Shown one piece after another: positions 1 to 9,986 of a stretch of DNA of 64,000 nucleotides. The notes under the pieces were generated by a model. The model searched no databases and was not told the DNA's origin. It saw only the letters and a program-made list of their open reading frames with translations. Every line of letters starts with the position of its first letter. Position 1 is the stretch's first letter. A program made the position numbers and the translations under genes. The stretch lies in NCBI GenBank assembly GCA_963728565.1, contig CAVSLC010000011.1:159799-223798 (forward strand), read 5' to 3'. The DNA is from an uncultured delta proteobacterium (lineage in GTDB: Bacteria; Desulfobacterota; Binatia; UBA9968).

Positions 1-252
1 GCTGAGTCGGTCCTTAACTTCTCTGAGCTTGCCCGCATACTCTTTAGCGGCGTTAACGTCGTGAATCGAACATGGGCCCAATATAACCAGGAGACGGTCA
101 TCAGCACCGTGCAAGATGCGGTGGATCGCTTGGCGCGTCTGGTATACCGTCTGCGCGGCCTTGCTCGTTATCGCGATATCGCGCAGTACTTGCGCCGGCG
201 GCAGCAGCTCCTTTATTTCCTTTATTCGGAGATCGTCTGTTCTATATTCCAT
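1..252 (-). CDS. aroG: DAHP synthase, class I-alpha (5' part; runs off the window)
   Basis: Not in the ORF track. Manual translation from ATG at 252 gives MEYRTDDLRIKEIKELLPPAQ...DDRLLVILGPCSIHD..AAKEYA, closely matching the AroG N-terminus. Confidence 0.93.
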   Translation of the reverse strand, partial: MEYRTDDLRIKEIKELLPPAQVLRDIAITSKAAQTVYQTRQAIHRILHGADDRLLVILGPCSIHDVNAAKEYAGKLREVKDRLS

Positions 253-581
253 GTGGTTTTCCCGGATAAATATGATAAACCAAAACCGTTGAAAATCCAG
301 TAGACCTCACAGAACCTGCTGTGTGCTGATCCTGTTTCCGCCCGCATCCCCCCAAATGCGCATCGCGAGCCGATAAGACTTTCCTCCGATGATTTATCTA
401 TAACGGAGTGGCGGATCTGGCATCGTCCCGGAGATGGAGAGTTGACGCCTTTGTTTTCGCATGGCTGAGACAACGGCTGGAATGCTCTCCCGACAATTTC
501 CTGTTTTTCGTGGCATGTGCTTTGCGGTTTGTGCCTGCGGTCGTTGCTGCTACTTCAGCGTCGCAAAGCGCGGCAAATCTG

Positions 582-1478
582 ATGAGCGTCAAGCAAGATC
601 TCAAAGATACTTTTTCGCTGCGTGGAGTGAGTGCGATCCAACTCATCAAACGGGTTATCGCCGAAGTGCAGCAGGACAATTGCGCAGTCTACGCGGCCTC
701 GCTTGCCTACTATTTCCTGTTCGCGCTGTTTCCGTTCTTTCTTTTTTTGACCGCATTGTTGGCTTATCTGCCGATTCCAAATCTGATGGACCGGATCATC
801 GGTTTGCTAGCCGAGGTTATGCCGGGTGAAGCATTAAGCCTGGTCAAAGATAATGTCGGCAAGCTGGTTTCACAACAACGCGGCGGTCTGCTCTCATTCG
901 GCATCGTCGCGGCCCTTTGGACCGCGTCCAGCGCGCTTACCGGGATTTCGGATGCTTTAAACCATGCCTATGACGTTGAAGAAGGCCGGCCCTTTTGGAA
1001 AGTTCGCGGTATGGCGATTCTTTTAACCATCGGCTTATCCGTTTTTCTAATCGCCTCGATCGTTCTCTTGATGTTTGGGCCGCAGATCGGCGGTTGGATC
1101 GCGGACCTTGTCGGGTTGGGAAGAGCCTTCGAGATCGCCTGGAATATTCTACGCTGGCCGGTCATCTTAATTCTGGTTATGACCGCCGTCGCCGCGATCT
1201 ATTACTTCGCACCCGATGTCGATCAGAGTTGGAAATGGATAACCCCGGGATCCGTTGTCGCCGTGATCATATGGATACTCATCTCTTTGGGTTTTTCGTA
1301 CTACGTCAATAATTTCGGCTCATACGACAAGACCTACGGCAGTATCGGCGCGATTATCGTGCTGCTGACCTGGATGTACGTCAGCGGATTTGTCATTCTG
1401 GTGGGCGGTGAAATCAATGCCGAACTCGAGCATGCCAGCGCAGCAGGCAAAGCCCCCGGGAGAAAAACCGGCGCTTAG
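582..1478 (+). CDS. YihY/virulence factor BrkB family membrane protein
   Basis: AASLAYYFLFALFP and YGSIGAIIVLLTWMY..G.EINA motifs, about 6 TM helices. ATG 582 preferred over the track start at 408. Confidence 0.9.
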   Translation: MSVKQDLKDTFSLRGVSAIQLIKRVIAEVQQDNCAVYAASLAYYFLFALFPFFLFLTALLAYLPIPNLMDRIIGLLAEVMPGEALSLVKDNVGKLVSQQRGGLLSFGIVAALWTASSALTGISDALNHAYDVEEGRPFWKVRGMAILLTIGLSVFLIASIVLLMFGPQIGGWIADLVGLGRAFEIAWNILRWPVILILVMTAVAAIYYFAPDVDQSWKWITPGSVVAVIIWILISLGFSYYVNNFGSYDKTYGSIGAIIVLLTWMYVSGFVILVGGEINAELEHASAAGKAPGRKTGA

Positions 1479-1621
1479 CAGGCTGCTGAAAAACACCCAT
1501 ATGCTTCGTTGCCGCTCAATCGCCTTCAACGTACTGTAAGTACCCGCGGCTCGTCGATTTTTCGCGCGCCCCGCATCTGGATCTTTTTGAGCAGCCTGCA
1601 AGAGCCTTTTTCAGCACCCTG
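1479..1621. mobile_element. MITE-like non-autonomous element (143 bp)
   Basis: Left IR CAGGCTGCTGAAAAA (1479-1493) and right IR TTTTTCAGCACCCTG (1607-1621) match 14/15. A second internal right IR lies at 1584-1598. Flanked by TTAG direct repeats at 1475-1478 and 1622-1625. Confidence 0.75.
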
Positions 1622-1697
1622 TTAGGGATATCTCGAAACTCATGTGCTTGCGTCTGGCTTGTTGTCATCATGGGCGTCCTGGCGTCTTGGCACGTAT

Positions 1698-2930
1698 CTA
1701 TTTCTGTAGCGTCTCACGAGCGATAAACGCCAGCAGTACAGCCGATAGGATGATCAGCGGAGCATAGACGAGAAACGGCACTCCCGGATTGAAATTGTCT
1801 GCGAGCACGCCGCCCGCCAAAGGCGCGCCGACGCCGCCAAGTTCGGCGATGGTTCGACGAAGCGCCTGTAAGCGTCCTCGGGCGTTTACAGGGATAACGT
1901 CAAAAGTGGAAGTGGCTAGAGAGCCTAACGAGAGGCCATTGGCGATGCCGAGAAACAACAGCAGCAGAGCTAGTTGGAAGAAATTGCCGGCGAACGGTAT
2001 GAGCAGAAACGCCAAAGCCGGGATCCCGGTGCTCGGTACCGTCGCCCATTTACGACCCACTTTGTCGATGACGAAACCTGCGGGCAGAATCATCGCAAAT
2101 GCGCCTACTCCCGAGATTGTAAACAAGAGCCCGACCTCTTTGGGTGATAAGCCGAGCTCAGTCGTGGCGAACAGCGGCAACATACTTTGGGTCGTTACCC
2201 GGTGCATGAAACTGGTGAGAGTGGCAAATACCAGGACAACGTAAGTCGCTCGAAAATGTGGTGGAATCTGATCAACCAAGTCTCTCACATTGCGCAATCG
2301 CTGCAGCCAAGCCGTTATGCTCCGGCCGCCAGCCGTCGCCCCGGCTTGATAACTCTGGGGCGTTCGAGAATCTTCAACCGTTAAGCCGAGCAGCACAGAG
2401 ATTGCCGCGCACATGGCGTAGGCAATAAATGCTCCTTGAAAGCCGCTGGTTTCAGCCAGGAGGCCACCGGCCAGGGGGCCCAGCGCCAGCCCCATATAAT
2501 TAACGCCATGAAATCCACTGAGGACCCGTCCACGTTGATTGGGAAGTGCCAGATCGATGCCGGCTACCTCGCGCGCGATCACCCAAATGCTTTCGGCAAT
2601 GCCGAGAACAAAAAGCAAGAGCAGAATGATACCGAACCACGGCACGATGGCGGCCAATAGCGCGACCGCGCACGCCAGTCCAGGTCCGGCGACCAGTGCG
2701 GTACGTGTCCCGAGACGATCGAGAACCACTCCGCTGATCGGCATGCCCGCAAGCCTGCCGAAGGCTAAGGCGGTGACGATTTGCGCGGCGGTCCCTGGAG
2801 TGATGCCGAAATGAATCGCCATGACAGGGATACTCGGCACGAGCATCGACCACATTCCCGAAAGCAGCGTGCTGGCATAGAGCGTGATCAAACCGCGTGC
2901 GGTGGGTGTAAGTCTTAGCCAAGGTGCCAT
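1698..2930 (-). CDS. MFS transporter
   Basis: About 12 hydrophobic helices; motif A-like GVVLDRLGTR and FVIDKVGRK. Start is 2930 or 2960. Confidence 0.9.
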   Translation of the reverse strand: MAPWLRLTPTARGLITLYASTLLSGMWSMLVPSIPVMAIHFGITPGTAAQIVTALAFGRLAGMPISGVVLDRLGTRTALVAGPGLACAVALLAAIVPWFGIILLLLFVLGIAESIWVIAREVAGIDLALPNQRGRVLSGFHGVNYMGLALGPLAGGLLAETSGFQGAFIAYAMCAAISVLLGLTVEDSRTPQSYQAGATAGGRSITAWLQRLRNVRDLVDQIPPHFRATYVVLVFATLTSFMHRVTTQSMLPLFATTELGLSPKEVGLLFTISGVGAFAMILPAGFVIDKVGRKWATVPSTGIPALAFLLIPFAGNFFQLALLLLFLGIANGLSLGSLATSTFDVIPVNARGRLQALRRTIAELGGVGAPLAGGVLADNFNPGVPFLVYAPLIILSAVLLAFIARETLQK

Positions 2931-3542
2931 GCTGTTGCGATTCAAATCTTGACCCGGCACGGCGTTCAGGTCCGGCTGGTGCCGAAAATCAAATTATGTC
3001 TAAAGTCTGCCATCATGACGGTATCGCATGCTTCGCTCTTGATGTCGTTCGTGCTTATCCGGGTGAAATAGAAAAGACAACATACTTTAACTTGAACTTA
3101 AACACAGACTGCCTGAAAGGGATCTATCCAGCACTGATCCCTTGTGCTGAAACTTGCCGGTAGAAAGCGAATTCCGGGAGCTGTGTGGCTTTTGTCTGAT
3201 AACGGATCATCCGGCAGAAATACACCCGCGCTGATCTCTCGTTTCCCCTCGTACAACTTCCACAATTTGGGATTTCGGCTCACGAGCCGATCTTCCGCGC
3301 CCGCTCTGAGTAGACGCTGTCGCGCGGCCCATCCCTGAATCAGCGGTCCTTCCGAAACTAACCTGAGTGGATCAAGGCTTCGAGGCGGCGAAAATGCGCG
3401 TAGGGCAAGAGAGCCGTTGAACCGATCTCGCAAAATCCATGTCCCGAGCTTACGTGGGACCAACTGAAAAATTATCCAACGACTGGGAAGAGAGCGCTTG
3501 GTCAGTGATTACCGGTGAGGTCGGTGCGGCGACGGGGATTGC

Positions 3543-4634
3543 TTATGCGGGGCTACCAGAAGGCCGAGCTTTCAATGATCGAAAGCTTATCATCTTTCGT
3601 TGCGCTTCATCATACAGTCCTAGTCGCAACGAACTGAAGCTTTTCCAGAGAGTGATGGGTTTGACTTCCTGAAACGCCGGAACCTCATCGTAGCAGCGTT
3701 GCAGGTTGTAGTTGGGAATATTGGGGCGAACGTGGTGGATGTGATGCAAGTTGATGTTGCCTGTAACCCATTGCAGAACTTTCGGCAGCTTCAGATACGA
3801 ACTACCCTCTAACGCTACCCGCATGGGATCCCACTGGTCGTGCCGTGCCCAATACACATTCTCAAACTGATGTTGGACGTAGAACAACAATAATCCAAAG
3901 GTTGCGCCAACCAGAATGATCGGCAACTGGATCAGCAGATACGTCTTAAGACCGATAGTGAAGCCGGCAACGGCGACAACCACCAGCAGCGCTAGGTTGG
4001 TGAAAAGCACGCTATCGCGCTCCCTCTTTCCGGCGCCCTTGGTGGGAAATCGCTGGATGAACAAGAACAAGAGCGCCGCACCAGGGCCAAACAAGACGAA
4101 GGGATTCCGATAGAATCGATACCTGAGTCGTTTGCGTGGGGCCGCTGCCAGATACTCCTCTCTTGTCATCGTCCAGATATCGCCGATACCCCGGCGGTCG
4201 AGATCTCCAGCCGTAGCATGGTGCGAATTATGGCCATACTTCCAATCCTCAAACGGTGTGAATGTGGCAATGCCTGAGGCATAGCCCAGGATTGTGTTCC
4301 CCCACCGAGAGGAGAAGAAAGAACCGTGACAGCAATCATGGAAGAGAATAAAGATACGGACCATCATTCCTCCCGCCACCACCGCCAAGGCGAGAGTGAT
4401 CCAGTATGGATAGCCCCTCTGAATTGTTTGCAACATCAGGGCCCACAAGAGGCAATAAGGAATAAACGTGTTTAGTAGTTGCCAAACCGCTTTGCGGAGA
4501 TTTGAAGATCCGTAAGCAGCAATGGTCTTATGCCACGTTGGTTCGAACCGTTTCAGTTTGGTAGTAACTACATCGGCAAGCGGGTCGCGCTTGCCGGGCT
4601 GAAGAACTTGTTCCTGCGGTAGTGAATTCACCAT
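3543..4634 (-). CDS. des: Membrane fatty-acid desaturase (Des-like)
   Basis: Three histidine boxes (HDCCH, HNSHH, HHIHH) plus QHQF and IPNYNL. Confidence 0.92.
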   Translation of the reverse strand: MVNSLPQEQVLQPGKRDPLADVVTTKLKRFEPTWHKTIAAYGSSNLRKAVWQLLNTFIPYCLLWALMLQTIQRGYPYWITLALAVVAGGMMVRIFILFHDCCHGSFFSSRWGNTILGYASGIATFTPFEDWKYGHNSHHATAGDLDRRGIGDIWTMTREEYLAAAPRKRLRYRFYRNPFVLFGPGAALLFLFIQRFPTKGAGKRERDSVLFTNLALLVVVAVAGFTIGLKTYLLIQLPIILVGATFGLLLFYVQHQFENVYWARHDQWDPMRVALEGSSYLKLPKVLQWVTGNINLHHIHHVRPNIPNYNLQRCYDEVPAFQEVKPITLWKSFSSLRLGLYDEAQRKMISFRSLKARPSGSPA

Positions 4635-4726
4635 GTAACAAATGATCTCGCGTCTCCAAGTACAGCGGCCGCATCAGCTGGCGGTCAAACCAAACCGATA
4701 ATTGACAAGTAAACGGCCCGGGAGTG

Positions 4727-4954
4727 TTAGTAAATGATCGATCCTTTCTCGATCTGTTTTTTGCGGTCGTCGTATTCTTCACGGGATATTCTCTTGTTTT
4801 TATAGTCTTCCTCCAGCTGCTGCATCTGGCGATAAGCCTGATATTCGTAGCCTCCGCCAGCGGCGCCGGCACCTACCAAGGTCCCTGAAATAAATTCACA
4901 TCCCGATTGAGCGAGACCTACTATAAGCAAGGACAGCAACATTAGTTTTTTCAT
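4727..4954 (-). CDS. Small lipoprotein with glycine-rich segment
   Basis: MKK plus hydrophobic stretch plus QSGC lipobox; GGAGG RBS upstream; GAGAAGGGY. Confidence 0.75.
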   Translation of the reverse strand: MKKLMLLSLLIVGLAQSGCEFISGTLVGAGAAGGGYEYQAYRQMQQLEEDYKNKRISREEYDDRKKQIEKGSIIY

Positions 4955-5012
4955 TCAACCTCCCGAATTTTCAATAGGCGCGAAGCAAGCTGAAAAACCC
5001 GCCGGATGGTCC

Positions 5013-5864
5013 CTAAACTGCCGCGGGGAAAACAATCTTGAATGTCGTACCGCGGCCAGGTGCGCTGCTATAGTCGATGGTGCCGTTATGGGCCAAGACG
5101 ATTTGTTCTACAATCGACAGGCCCAAGCCGCTACCATGCACCTTGGTGGTCTGAAATAGTGCGAAAGGATCTATACCCTCTGGCATACCCATCCCCATAT
5201 CGGCGATCTCCAAAACTACAGTGGCGCCCAAGGGATAACCTCTGATCGTTAGATCTCCTCCTTGGGGCATGGCATCCAGGGCATTTCTGCAGAGATTCAA
5301 GATTACCTGCTTTATTTTTGCCGTGTCTAACTTGACCGCCGGCAAGCCGTCCTCGAATTCAAGTTTAAGGTTGACTCCGGCAGTCTGATAGAAAATCAGC
5401 TGTATGGCTAATGCGTCTTCGACTACCTGTCGTAAATCACTGCCTGTAAGACTTACATTTTGCGGCACCGAAGCGGAGCGAAACTCATCGAGCAAGATGA
5501 TCAAACGATCGACTTCTCGCCTGAAACTGCGCATCGTTGTCGTCAATAGCGGATCATGACTTGTTTTGAGGTCGCGCTCGATCAGTTGGAGAGAGGCGGA
5601 CATCCCCTGAAGCGGGCTGGCAACCTCATGTGCAAAGAGGGCGGCCGTCGTATTCAAGAGAGCGGTAAAGCGCCTGACTTGGGCTCGTTGCTGCGACTGC
5701 TTCTGGTGCGGCTGCAATCCGCCGGCTATTGCCCTGAGGTGCGTAACGCCGCCGCTTATATGTTTGGGTTTCGAAGCCGAGGACTTAATCGGAAGGCCGT
5801 TTTCCTCGCCGGTTCGCTCCATCAGTTGTTGCTCCTTTAAGTAAGTATCATGTGCCAGAGGCAC
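5013..5864 (-). CDS. Cytoplasmic histidine kinase (HisKA + HATPase_c) with no evident sensor domain
   Basis: H-box FAHEVASPL, N-box ILNLCRNALDAM, G1 DMGMG, G2 GSGLGL. Start is 5864 or 5822. Confidence 0.88.
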   Translation of the reverse strand: MPLAHDTYLKEQQLMERTGEENGLPIKSSASKPKHISGGVTHLRAIAGGLQPHQKQSQQRAQVRRFTALLNTTAALFAHEVASPLQGMSASLQLIERDLKTSHDPLLTTTMRSFRREVDRLIILLDEFRSASVPQNVSLTGSDLRQVVEDALAIQLIFYQTAGVNLKLEFEDGLPAVKLDTAKIKQVILNLCRNALDAMPQGGDLTIRGYPLGATVVLEIADMGMGMPEGIDPFALFQTTKVHGSGLGLSIVEQIVLAHNGTIDYSSAPGRGTTFKIVFPAAV

Positions 5865-5922
5865 TATTCGAAACGTCGGATCTCTAGACTAGCACTGCGT
5901 ATCGTGAGATCGAAATCGGTAC

Positions 5923-5938
5923 TGTCTAATAGTGGACA
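5923..5938 (-). promoter_or_regulatory. Putative TF site, copy 1 (TGTCC-ACTATT-AGACA on the minus strand)
   Basis: Lies within a 24-bp sequence repeated exactly at 6404-6427; upstream of the kinase. Confidence 0.65.
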
Positions 5939-6100
5939 ATCGTGAAAAATATTTTGTGCGGCTCTCAAGTCTACGAAGGACCTCCGCACTGATGGTCGGC
6001 AGAGGATATTTGCGGCTCACCGCGCATATGGGTGCGATCACTGCCGGTGAGAAGTCAAGCGGCTGAATCTTCTCTGAACCTGAGAACGTTAGGCAGAGGA

Positions 6101-6199
6101 TCAGCGCTTGCCTTTAACCCGGTTCGCATCCCAATGAGCCAAATAAAATACCACTGCCAAAACAAGCACCATCACCACAAACGGGGCTACTGCTTGCAT
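6101..6199 (-). CDS. 32-aa single-TM small protein
   Basis: AAGGAGAA RBS before ATG 6199; MQAVAPFVVMVLVLAVVFYLAHWDANRVKGKR. Confidence 0.6.
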   Translation of the reverse strand: MQAVAPFVVMVLVLAVVFYLAHWDANRVKGKR

Positions 6200-6408
6200 C
6201 GTGTTCTCCTTATTTACCGGTTGAGCTGTTGATAATCTGCCGCCTTTGGACTGAGTCGCTGCCCGTGTTGTATGCAGATGGTTCGATTTCCAGGGGACAT
6301 AGAGCAAACAACCTGGAAAGCCTCAGGAAACACTATTTTGGGTGCCGCCGCGCTGATTGGGTTTGGCCTCGAGTCTCGAACTTCATATCGCGGTCCGGTA
6401 CTGGGTAC

Positions 6409-6424
6409 TGTCTAATAGTGGACA
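6409..6424 (-). promoter_or_regulatory. Putative TF site, copy 2
   Basis: Identical to copy 1; upstream of the small TM ORF. Confidence 0.65.
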
Positions 6425-6958
6425 ATCCTCAATGTGTAATTCGCCGATACTAGCGTCCTCCGCCGCACTGTATGACGTCCAAACGTCATCAAGTTACAGG
6501 GGCTTCAACAGTTGCGATAGCTCCTGCCATAGCTTCAGGATCGAAGCTGTCGGACGATATGGCAATTGCATTTCCGCTGCAACGCTTGAGTGAAAGTGCT
6601 TGCTTGGAAAGAAGAGCAAAGTTCGTTCGTTGTGTTTGGCAGTAGATCGGTATCAAAGAAATTATCGCCGCTCCGCAAAGCGAAATATTACTTGATGCAC
6701 TGCAAGAGATGAGACTGATGTGCAGCAGATCACGATAATCTCACAGCAGAGGCTCATGAGTCTGGGTCTGAACGGCATGGGGCGGTGAGTCTATGGGTTT
6801 GCGGCAACCTGATGAGGCGCGTATAAGCAATGTGCCCCTGATCTCGCGATCCGTATCATGATCAATAAGCGGAGTAAAAGTATACAAGGAATAGCTGTTT
6901 TTTTGCTTTTGAAAGTTCACAACGAGCCTTAGTATATAGGAGATTTGACCCCCAATTT

Positions 6959-9944
6959 ATGACAATGGTGGCTAGAAAAAGCGGAAAAACCTTTGCAAAA
7001 AAAGCCGCTAAGCCCGCCAGTCGGAAATTAGCCAAGGGGCGACGAACCAGCGACTCCGCTGCAGTATCTGAAGATCGGAAGGACGGCTTTCACATAGTCG
7101 GAATCGGCGCTTCTGCGGGCGGTTTGAAAGCGCTTGAAAGTTTTTTCTCAGCCATGCCGGTCAATTCCGGGATGAGCTTCATCGTAATTTCTCACCTGGA
7201 TCCAAAGCATAGCAGCATGCTGCCCGATTTGCTGAAGAGATACACCAAGATCATGGTGGACAGAGCCCAAGACGGCATAAGTGTCGAGCGCGACCGCATT
7301 TACGTCATACCGCCCAACAAAGAAATGACCCTCGTACGCGGGACGCTGGTATTGAAAAAACCTTCTGAGCCGCATGGGCAGAGATTTCCCATAGACACTT
7401 TTTTTCGCTCTTTAGCGCGGGACCGGAAGCAGCGGGCTATCTGCATCATCCTTTCGGGAACCGGTACCGACGGGACATTGGGACTCCGGGATGTCAAAGC
7501 CGAAGGCGGCATGGCGATGGCCCAGGCGACAGCGTCGGCCGAATACGATGGGATGCCTCGGAGCGCCATTGCAACCGGTCTAGTCGACTATGTCTTGCCG
7601 GCGGAAAAGATGCCGGCCCAGTTGATGAAGTATGTGAGCGAGCGACATCTTAAACGAGATGTTGGTACGCACGTGGAACAACCTGCAGAATCGATGGAGG
7701 AGTTATTCCACCTGCTTGAGTCCCAAACCGGCCATGATTTTTCATCGTATAAAAACAGCACCATCAGCAGGCGGGTTAAAAGAAGGATGGGCGTGCAGCG
7801 CATCAAGAGCCTGTCTTCCTACCTTGGTTTTATTCGACGAAATCCGTCGGAAATAGACGCCCTTTTCAAAGAATTGCTCATCGGTGTCACCCATTTTTTT
7901 CGGGATCCTGAGGCATTTAAGAGCCTGAGCAAAGTACTCAGTGCGACTTTACGGAAACACCCCAAGGACAGCACATTTCGGATCTGGACTCCCGGCTGCT
8001 CCACCGGGGAGGAGCCCTACTCGCTCGCCATCCTGCTTGATGAGTGCATGAGAAAACTTAAGAAACGCTTTCGAGTACAGATTTTCGCGACGGATGTCGA
8101 CAGCGAGGCAATCAGCTTGGCTCGCGCGGGCGTGTATTCAGAGAGCGTTGTCTTCGAACTCACGGCCGAGCGGTTGAACCGGTTCTTCCTCAAAGACAAC
8201 GGCGTATACCGCGTCAAAAAAGAAATCCGCGACATGGTGGTTTTTGCCGAACAAGATCTCATCAGGGACCCGGCGTTTAGCAAATTGGATTTAATTACAT
8301 GCAGAAACCTCTTGATCTACCTGGAAGCGGAATTACAAAAGCAGTTGTTGCGTCTCTTCCACTATGCTCTGAAGCCCGGAGGTCTTCTCTTTCTAGGCAC
8401 CTCAGAGAGCATCGGCATCTTCAGTCATTTCTTTTCTCCAGTGGATAAGAAATGCAAAATTTTTAGACGGAGGAATGGCGGAGCTTTCGCCAATGAAGCC
8501 GTTGGCGAGTTCCTTGTCAGGCCTCTAACGCATGCCCGACCCGACCTTGTGCCTGGGCGGCCCGGAAAGAAGAAGGACGACAACGGCCCGGTCATCACGA
8601 ATCTGACTGAAAAGAAGCTCCTGGAAGAATATACTTCCCCATCTGTGCTCATCAATCAGAACGGCGACATCGTGTATGCCTTCGGCCGAACTGGAAAGTA
8701 CCTGGAGCTGCCTCAGGGGCACGCCGCGTTGAATATTCACGATATGGCCCATCCAGGTATCAAAGATGCGTTGGCTGCCGCCATTCACGAATCCGCGATC
8801 CGAAAGAAACGGGTTGTGGTGGAAGGTTTGATCTCGAGCCCCGAGGCGGAACTTAAGAGGATCAAAATCAGCATCGAGCCGTTACAGGTCAAGCCGGAGG
8901 GAAGCGTCGGGATGATGGTGGTTACTTTTGAGGATATTGGCGTTGAGATGAAAGAGGGTACGCCAAAGCGTAGAGGAGGGCCATGGCACTCAACTGGAGG
9001 GCGAGTTGAAGCTTGCTCGACAGCGTCTCAAAAGGAGCATCGAAGATTTGGAGGTGTCCAACGAGGAGCTTAAATCGGCAAATGAAGAGTCTCAGTCCAC
9101 TAATGAGGAATTGCAAAGCGCGAACGAAGAATTAGAAACCTCGAAGGAGGAACTGCAATCGATTAACGAGGAACTGGTGACAGTCAATGCGGAGCTTCAG
9201 GGTAAGATCGACGAATTAACGGTCATGAACGACGACGTAAGGAATCTGCTCGATAACACAAATATTGCCACGATTTTTCTCGATAAGCAGCTGCGCATCA
9301 AGCGATTCACTCCCGCAGCGACCAAAATCGTCAATTTGATCCCAACTGATATTGGAAGACCCCTGAATCATCTTGTTTTCAACCTGGAATTGCCCGTCCA
9401 TGCGGAAGCGAAGAAAGTCCTTGAGACGCTCATCCCCAATGAGATGGAGGTGAGAAACAATGAGGGTCGATCCTACCTCAGTCGCGTCATGCCTTACCGT
9501 ACCGTGGACGACTTGGTTGACGGTGTTGTGATCACATTCACGGATATCACTGAAAGTAAGAGGGCTTTGGCCCAGCAGGAGATGCTGGATTATCTTAAGA
9601 GCATCGTCGCGACGATCCGCGATTCACTGGTGGTTCTGGATGGTGATTTGAAGGTAATTACGGCTAGCCGGTCTTTTTACCAAACCTTCCAAGTGCAACC
9701 CGAGTCCACGGAAGGGGTGTTGCTCTACGAGTTGGGCGACGGGCAGTGGAATATCCCCAGCCTGAGAGAATTGCTTGAGAAAATCCTAACCACTAACGCT
9801 TCTTTTCAAGATTTCGCCGTTGAGCATGATTTTCCTGGTATTGGACACAAGAAGATGCTCTTGAACGCCCGTAAAGTTTACCGGGAGGATATCGATACGG
9901 GCAGAATTCTGCTCGCCATCGAGGACACTACGGGAGCGCAGTGA
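6959..9944 (+). CDS. CheB methylesterase-CheR methyltransferase-PAS fusion (frameshift near 8960-9000)
   Basis: CheB motifs GASAGG, ISHLDP and GTGTDG. CheR motifs FFRDP, GCSTGEEPYS and CRNLLIY. The 9006-9944 frame supplies the EELQSxNEEL coiled coil and PAS domains typical of this single-chain family. Confidence 0.9.
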
Positions 9945-9986
9945 GCGCAAGCAGAGGCCTCTTACTCTGCGAGAAAGGCGGACTAC

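Noticed and set aside
3144-3338. RFPSYNFHNLGFRL resembles an FGE/CLec C-terminus, so a possible DGR template repeat for the TIR-FGE gene
   Set aside because: No nucleotide similarity to 34660-34775, no adenine-specific mismatch pattern and no reverse transcriptase in the window.
5918-6427. Exact 24-bp direct repeat as a CRISPR remnant or att site
   Set aside because: Only two exact copies 486 bp apart, no cas or integrase genes, and degenerate copies upstream of other genes fit a TF site better.
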